Below are positions 26,834-32,000 of a DNA stretch of 32,000 nt, in pieces. Made by a program: the position numbers and the translations under genes. Under the pieces are notes generated by a model that ran no database searches, had not been told where the DNA came from, and saw only the letters and a list, made by a program, of their open reading frames with translations. The DNA lies in the NCBI RefSeq assembly GCF_000175255.2, contig NC_017262.1, forward strand, positions 720,001-752,000, written 5' to 3'. The DNA comes from Zymomonas mobilis subsp. mobilis ATCC 10988. GTDB lineage: Bacteria > Pseudomonadota > Alphaproteobacteria > Sphingomonadales > Sphingomonadaceae. Within the stretch, counting starts at the first letter, position 1, and each line of letters begins with the position of its first letter.

Positions 26834-28726
26834 TTAGAATTCTGACCAATCATCATCCGCCATAGGCTTAGGGGCCGGATTGGGTTTGGCTGCCGCTTTC
26901 GCCGGAGCAGATTTGGCGCTGCTTCTTGAGGCAGGCCGTGCCGCTGGCTTCTTCGGAGCGGAAGTTACCGCTGGCGTGCTGGCGAACTGCCGCGTATTCC
27001 CATTCCCCAGCTTAAACATGCTGACCTGTTCCATCATAGCGATGGTTTCATTGGCCAGATTACGGGCTGCCGCGGTTGATTCTTCAACCATCGCAGCGTT
27101 CTGCTGGGTCACGCCGTCCATTTCGGAAACAGCCGTGTTGACCTGTTTCAAACCAACAGCCTGTTCTTCCGCCATGGCAGCAGCTTCCGTTGCCCTCTTA
27201 CCAAGTTCATGAACCTGACTGACAATGCGTTGCAGTGCCTGTCCAGTCTCATTCACGAGAACAACGCCGCCATCAACCTCGCCTGCGCTGGCCGTGATTT
27301 TTTCTTTCACATCCTTAGCGGCTTCAGCCGAACGCTGTGCCAAAGCCCGAACTTCCGAGGCCACAACCGCAAATCCCTTACCAGCATCACCGGCACGGGC
27401 GGCTTCAACACCAGCATTCAAAGCCAGCAAGTTTGTCTGGAAAGCAATGCCATCAATAATGCTGATGATCTGTGCGATTTCGTTGGAAGAGCTTTCGATT
27501 TTGGCCATAGCATCAATCGCTCTATGAACAATATCGCCGCTCTTTTCGGCTTCACCACGAACTTTATCTATCATTTGTTTAGCATCTTTGGCACCAACAG
27601 CCGCTTGATCGACGGTCTTAGAAATCTCTTCCATAGCAGCCGAAGTTTCTTCAAGGCTGGCAGCTTGCTGTTCCGTCCGCTGAGACAGATCATCAGAAGC
27701 CTGACGAATTTCACTTGCCCCATTCTGAATATTTTCAGCCGATTTTATAATCTGGGATACCGTCTGTTCTAAAATATTCAGGGAATCATTAAAGTTTTCC
27801 TGAATTTCCGAGAAAGAGCCAGACAAATTACCTCTAATCCGCGTTGTCAGATCACAATTACGCAGACCTTCCAAGGCCTCACCAATACCAGAGAACAGAG
27901 AATCCAACTCCATCTGCTTTTGCTTTTCAGCATTCCGCATCCGGTCACGGAATGTATTCAAAGTATCAAGCAAGGTGCCGATTTCATCTTCACGGGGATC
28001 AAGGGCAACCTTTACATCCATATTACCTTCGGCCAATTCAGCCAAAGCATTGGTAATAATACCCAAAGGCTGGACGACTGCCTTAATCATAATATTAGCG
28101 ATTAACAGAGAAAGCAAAATAGCCAATATCGTCACAATAATCGTCAGGATACGAACATAATTATATGAATGCTCCATATCAGCGACTTTGTTGGCATTCG
28201 CCTGTTTTTCAACAGCCTGTAAATTACCAAGTGCTGAAGTCACCTGATCAAAAGCAGGAAGTTCTTTCCAGAAGAAATCGCGGCCTTCATTCGTTCGCCC
28301 CTGTTGAATCGCATCCAACGTGGCTTTATTTAAAATAGCATAATTCTGCCAGCTTGTTAAAAAGCGACGTGTCGCATCGAAAACATCCTGACTGGCTTCA
28401 CTCTGCTCCAATGCGTGAATATTGTCTTCTATCCGGCTACGATAGACTGTCATTTCCTGACGGGCAGCCTGAATGGCCTGTGGGTCGGGAACCATAACAT
28501 AACGTGTTTCAGCAGAACGATAATCAGCTGTTGCACGAGAAATATCGCTGACAGACTGTGCTCTGGCGCGCTGGGCGACACATAAATCTTTCGCGATTGA
28601 TACAAATTTCCACTGGACACGAAGAGACCCAAATCCTCCTATAATTAACAGAAGAATAGGTAGGACCATAATGAAGTGTGCTTTGGTAGAAACTTTCAAA
28701 TTTTTTATTAAATTTGAAATACCCAT
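26834..28726 (-). CDS. methyl-accepting chemotaxis protein (4HB-type sensor, HAMP, MA domain, C-terminal DWSEF pentapeptide)
   Basis: 630 aa with two TM segments flanking a ~170-aa periplasmic helical domain and a HAMP domain. The signalling hairpin is highly conserved (IAFQTNLLALNAGVEAARAGDAGKGFAVVASEVRALA). An Ala/Pro/Lys-rich tether ends in DDDWSEF. Confidence 0.95.
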   Translation of the reverse strand: MGISNLIKNLKVSTKAHFIMVLPILLLIIGGFGSLRVQWKFVSIAKDLCVAQRARAQSVSDISRATADYRSAETRYVMVPDPQAIQAARQEMTVYRSRIEDNIHALEQSEASQDVFDATRRFLTSWQNYAILNKATLDAIQQGRTNEGRDFFWKELPAFDQVTSALGNLQAVEKQANANKVADMEHSYNYVRILTIIVTILAILLSLLIANIMIKAVVQPLGIITNALAELAEGNMDVKVALDPREDEIGTLLDTLNTFRDRMRNAEKQKQMELDSLFSGIGEALEGLRNCDLTTRIRGNLSGSFSEIQENFNDSLNILEQTVSQIIKSAENIQNGASEIRQASDDLSQRTEQQAASLEETSAAMEEISKTVDQAAVGAKDAKQMIDKVRGEAEKSGDIVHRAIDAMAKIESSSNEIAQIISIIDGIAFQTNLLALNAGVEAARAGDAGKGFAVVASEVRALAQRSAEAAKDVKEKITASAGEVDGGVVLVNETGQALQRIVSQVHELGKRATEAAAMAEEQAVGLKQVNTAVSEMDGVTQQNAAMVEESTAAARNLANETIAMMEQVSMFKLGNGNTRQFASTPAVTSAPKKPAARPASRSSAKSAPAKAAAKPNPAPKPMADDDWSEF

Positions 28727-28836
28727 AAATTCACCGTTTTTTCAAAGGAGCAGGAAAGGCGTTATTTTATTCAAACGACATTTTTTAAATTTTATTTACT
28801 GAAAATTCCTATGCAAAGGCAGTCGGCCATCCGAAC

Positions 28837-28860
28837 AACATCCCAAAGGGATGTTATTTT
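28837..28860 (+). terminator. orphan terminator-like hairpin in the MCP upstream region
   Basis: An 8-bp stem AACATCCC/GGGATGTT with a 3-nt loop is followed by ATTTT. No plus-strand gene lies upstream of it. Confidence 0.35.
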
Positions 28861-28990
28861 GACGAAGAGATTCAGTATTTAAATTTCGTGAAATTTTTAT
28901 TAACTTTCTTGGTCTAGCTAAAATTTTGTTATTTTATATTCAGAAATATAGGGAGTAGCAACTACATCTGTATAAAATTGACAATAAAAT

Positions 28991-29008
28991 ATTCTTCTTA
29001 AGAAGAAT
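28991..29008. repeat. perfect 18-bp palindrome ATTCTTCTTAAGAAGAAT
   Basis: Read directly from the sequence: the reverse complement is identical. It lies in the 947-bp non-coding gap, about 265 bp upstream of the MCP start. Confidence 0.9.
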
Positions 29009-29718
29009 TACGTTCTTACTGTAAATCATAATTTACTTCTATTTTTGGAAATAAAAATAGCGTTTTAGGAAAAACCTTCTATTTATTTGGATTGGCCAAA
29101 AATAAAATTATAAAAATAATATTTTATAATATATAAAATTATATTTTAAAAAAACTAAATTAAAAATAACTTAAAATTAAAATTGGCCGTTTTCTCTCTG
29201 TAAAAGCAATGAATAGGCACGCCCCACAACCAGACAGCAATCTTTTGTAAAAAAAAGAAGAATGCGCCCTACAAAGCACACATATCCAATCCCCTCATAA
29301 GAATAGAATATTTCAAGAATACAGGCTTAATCTCAAATATAAACCAGACCTTTTTTAAACAATTTAAAATTAAAAAATGTTTCAATAGCCATTAGACTAA
29401 AAAGAAAAATTAGTAGAAAGCATTTCAAAAGAACAAAAACTATTTTTAAATAAAAATTACTCCATAAAAATAAAAATGGAGATACACTGAACTCAATTTT
29501 ACAAAGCATATGGGATTTTTATTTTTTACATTTCATTTTGAATAAAAAGACCTTGATCTCAAAATCAAGATACAGCGGTAAATCTTATTTACGCTTTTCA
29601 TACTGTCAAAAAAATTTTCTTTTCCAATCACCAAGAGAAACAACAGAAGAACTATCCCTAGGATGGAAAAGCTGTGCTAAAAGAAGACAGTTTGTCCGTT
29701 TTAAAAAGTCTTTATAAG

Positions 29719-30303
29719 ATGATCCTTGTCATTGATAATTACGATAGTTTCACATGGAATATTGTCCATTACCTACAGGAATTAGGCGCAACAATAGACG
29801 TCGTCCGCAATGATGCTCTAACGGTAGAAGAAGCCTTGGCAACCCATGCCCAAGCCTTTGTGATTTCTCCTGGCCCCAAAACGCCGAATGAAGCGGGCAT
29901 TTCTCTTGATCTGGTCGCGGCCTGCGTCAAAAATAAACGTCCTCTTCTGGGTGTTTGTCTGGGGCATCAGGCTATCGGCCAATATTTTGGCGGCTCAGTC
30001 GTCCGAGCCGAACATTTAATGCATGGTAAGACCTCTTCTATCCACCATGATGATAGCGGCCTTTTTGCAGGCCTGCCCTCTCCACTGACAGCCACACGCT
30101 ATCACTCTTTAGTCGTGGACAAGAAAAATTTTCCTTCCGAACTGGTCGTGAATGCATGGGATGAAGACGGCACTATCATGGGATTAAGGCATAAAAGCCT
30201 TCCGATCCACGGCTTACAATTCCATCCTGAAAGTATTGCCACCGATTTTGGGCATGAAATGCTTGGTAATTTCATCAAAATTGCGCAAGAAAATAATCAA
30301 TAA
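29719..30303 (+). CDS. trpG: anthranilate synthase component II / aminodeoxychorismate synthase glutamine amidotransferase
   Basis: [16 protein letters not shown]..., the catalytic GVCLGHQ, and a HPES C-terminal motif. I prefer the ATG at 29719 (194 aa). The ORF-track GTG at 29674 would add 15 residues. Confidence 0.9.
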   Translation: MILVIDNYDSFTWNIVHYLQELGATIDVVRNDALTVEEALATHAQAFVISPGPKTPNEAGISLDLVAACVKNKRPLLGVCLGHQAIGQYFGGSVVRAEHLMHGKTSSIHHDDSGLFAGLPSPLTATRYHSLVVDKKNFPSELVVNAWDEDGTIMGLRHKSLPIHGLQFHPESIATDFGHEMLGNFIKIAQENNQ

Positions 30304-30329
30304 CGACGGCTGAATAGCAGGGCTTTTTT

Positions 30330-31355
30330 ATGACATCCGTTCTTCCAGACCCGACCCGCCCCCTTAGCTTCGACGAAGCCAGAAAAACATTCGGAGAAAT
30401 CCTTGATGGCTTCTATGATAAGGATGATCTTGCAGCTTTCCTTATCGCCATGTCTAAAAGAGGCGAAAGCGGTGCTGAAATTGCTGGCGCAGCCAAAGCT
30501 GCCATTGAAAGAATGGTCACAATCAAGGCACCGGAAGATACTATTGATGTTTGCGGGACGGGTGGCGATGGCCAAAACAGCCTGAATATTTCAACCGCCG
30601 TTTCTCTTGTCGTTGCCGCCACTCATATTCCCGTAGCCAAGCATGGAAACAGAGCCTCTTCCAGTATGGCAGGGGCTGCTGATACATTGGAGGCCTTGGG
30701 TGTCAAAATAGACCTTACTCCCAAGCAGGCAGAACACTGCCTGAAAGAAACCGGCATCACTTTTCTTTTTGCGCCAACCTATCATCCTGCCTTGGTCGAG
30801 CTTGCACCTTTGCGACGCAAAATAGGCCAGCCTACGATTTTCAATCTGATCGGGCCTCTCGCCAATCCCGCACAAGTCAGCCGTCAACTTATCGGCTTAG
30901 CCTCGCCGCGCTATTTTGATGCCTATAGCGAAGCTATTAGCCTCCTTGGTCTGGATACCGTTTTGCTGGTTTCCGGCGACGATCCCTTGGACGAGGTCTC
31001 AATCAGCAAAAGCAGCACCGCATTAATGATCCGTAAGAATGAAAATCCCAACAGTGGATTACCCGCAGGTCGGATACGGATAAAACCTGCCGATGTTAAC
31101 CTTGATACCCACCCGATCAGCAGTATTCGGGGTGGTAATGCAGACTACAACGCCCAAGCCTTATTAGATCTCTTGGCAGGTAAAGCCTCGGCCTATCGCG
31201 ATGCCGTTCTAATCAATGCAGCGGGCGCGCTGATTGTTGCTGAAAAATGCTGGGACTGGGATGACGGCGTTAATGTCGCCTCAAATGTCATAGATAGTGG
31301 ACGTGCCAGTCAAGTTTTCGAGGCATGGAAGAAATTTTCCCAGAATCTCCGCTAA
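30330..31355 (+). CDS. trpD: anthranilate phosphoribosyltransferase
   Basis: 341 aa with TrpD motifs (DVCGTGGDGQNSLNISTA; VAKHGNRASSS; GPLANP). Confidence 0.95.
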   Translation: MTSVLPDPTRPLSFDEARKTFGEILDGFYDKDDLAAFLIAMSKRGESGAEIAGAAKAAIERMVTIKAPEDTIDVCGTGGDGQNSLNISTAVSLVVAATHIPVAKHGNRASSSMAGAADTLEALGVKIDLTPKQAEHCLKETGITFLFAPTYHPALVELAPLRRKIGQPTIFNLIGPLANPAQVSRQLIGLASPRYFDAYSEAISLLGLDTVLLVSGDDPLDEVSISKSSTALMIRKNENPNSGLPAGRIRIKPADVNLDTHPISSIRGGNADYNAQALLDLLAGKASAYRDAVLINAAGALIVAEKCWDWDDGVNVASNVIDSGRASQVFEAWKKFSQNLR

Positions 31356-31423
31356 AATAGCCGCTAACGAATGGGGCAAAAGAACGGCTCATCTATTGAC
31401 AGTTAGATGGATGTTTCCTACAC

Positions 31424-31438
31424 GTTCTATATCTGTTC
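31424..31438 (+). promoter_or_regulatory. alphaproteobacterial LexA (SOS) box upstream of lexA
   Basis: GTTCtatatctGTTC is an exact GTTC-N7-GTTC direct repeat, 83 nt upstream of the lexA ATG. A TTGACA hexamer sits at 31396-31401. Confidence 0.7.
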
Positions 31439-31520
31439 CAACAGAATCATGAAGCCTGTCTTATAAAAGATGAGGAAACACGCCCCTTCGTTAGCGGGCC
31501 TTTGACGGAAGATTGCGGCT

Positions 31521-32000
31521 ATGCTGACGCGCAAGCAACATGATTTGCTTCTTTTTATCCACAACCGGCTCAGCGTATCAGGTATTTCACCTTCTTTTGA
31601 AGAAATGAAACTCGCCCTTGATCTCAAATCGAAATCAGGGATTCACCGCCTTATCAAGGCTCTGGAAGAGCGAGGCTTTATCCGCCGATTACCTAATCGC
31701 GCACGGGCATTGGAAGTGATCCGTTTGCCAGAAGATAAAACGGAAATTCAAAAAAAAATTTCTCGGGATTATACGCCCCCGAAAGCGGATAATGATGTTA
31801 TCGAGATCCCGCTTCATGGCAGAATTGCTGCTGGTTTACCGATAGAAGCTCTGGAAGGCCAATCCCATCTGGCTGTCCCACCAAGCTATCTTGGAAGCGG
31901 TGCCCATTACGCCCTAGAGGTCGCCGGAGATTCCATGGTCGATGCCGGTATTTTTGATGGCGATTATATTATCGTTCGTCAAACCGATGAAGCTCATGAA
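31521..32000 (+). CDS. lexA: LexA repressor (5' 160 codons; continues beyond the window end)
   Basis: Not in the ORF track because there is no stop in the window. My own translation from ATG 31521 is [66 protein letters not shown]...[10 protein letters not shown]...[20 protein letters not shown]. This shows the wHTH, the Ala-Gly cleavage site and the catalytic Ser in GDSM. Confidence 0.93.
   Translation, partial: MLTRKQHDLLLFIHNRLSVSGISPSFEEMKLALDLKSKSGIHRLIKALEERGFIRRLPNRARALEVIRLPEDKTEIQKKISRDYTPPKADNDVIEIPLHGRIAAGLPIEALEGQSHLAVPPSYLGSGAHYALEVAGDSMVDAGIFDGDYIIVRQTDEAHE

Noticed and set aside
26880-28160. Multiple plus-strand ORFs (up to 187 aa) antisense to the MCP gene.
   Set aside because: They arise from the Ala/Glu/Gln-rich heptad coding of the MCP, whose complementary frame lacks stops. 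There are no start signals and the composition is implausible.
29333-29509. A 58-aa minus-strand ORF in the AT-rich gap (MLCKIEFSVSPFLFLWSNFYLKIVFVLLKCFLLIFLFSLMAIETFFNFKLFKKGLVYI), superficially like a small hydrophobic toxin or membrane peptide.
   Set aside because: Its F/L/I/K/N-rich composition is exactly what AT-rich DNA encodes by chance. It has no Shine-Dalgarno (AAAAATCCCAT precedes the ATG), no partner antitoxin or antisense features, and it falls below the ORF-track threshold. It would be worth a look only if Ribo-seq shows occupancy.
31555-31563. A perfect DnaA-box consensus, TTATCCACA.
   Set aside because: It is a single copy inside the lexA coding sequence (codons LFIHN). Roughly 0.2 such matches are expected by chance in 32 kb on both strands. 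There is no cluster and no adjacent AT-rich unwinding element associated with it.

Overview
This window is mostly chromosomal housekeeping DNA from a low-GC alphaproteobacterium. Three things point that way: an alpha-type LexA box (GTTC-N7-GTTC) upstream of lexA, the gene order rplU-rpmA-GNAT-obg-proB, and dnaK-dnaJ without grpE. The protein sequences and very AT-rich intergenic DNA remind me of Zymomonas/Sphingomonadales, but that is from memory and unverified.

Gene content, left to right:
- ydbH-ynbE-ydbL envelope lipid-transport operon (-)
- radC, purB (+)
- dnaK-dnaJ (-)
- a HAD-IB hydrolase (-)
- an M20 peptidase translationally coupled to a truncated astA-like fragment (+)
- one GC-rich ~846-bp IS5-family element
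- an M23 peptidase whose reading frame starts inside the IS border
- 5-formyl-THF cyclo-ligase (-), with a weak 6S-RNA candidate upstream
- a MATE exporter
- a 1126-aa autotransporter
- rplU-rpmA, GNAT, obg, proB, an SDR
- a divergent short-CDF/MerR metal module
- an MCP (-)
- a 947-bp non-coding AT-rich gap
- trpG-trpD and the 5' part of lexA (runs off the window)

I saw no rRNA, tRNA or CRISPR array and no recognisable defence island.

The best candidate for something undescribed is the autotransporter. Its first ~400 passenger residues carry the full motif set of a pepsin-like (A1) aspartic protease. The second-tier items are:
- the IS sits exactly at an in-frame junction between an AstA N-terminus and an M23 peptidase
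- the MerR/CDF promoter architecture
- a possible ssrS upstream of the cyclo-ligase
- the unusually long AT-rich intergenic region

Everything is inferred by eye from sequence and ORF translations. No searches were run.
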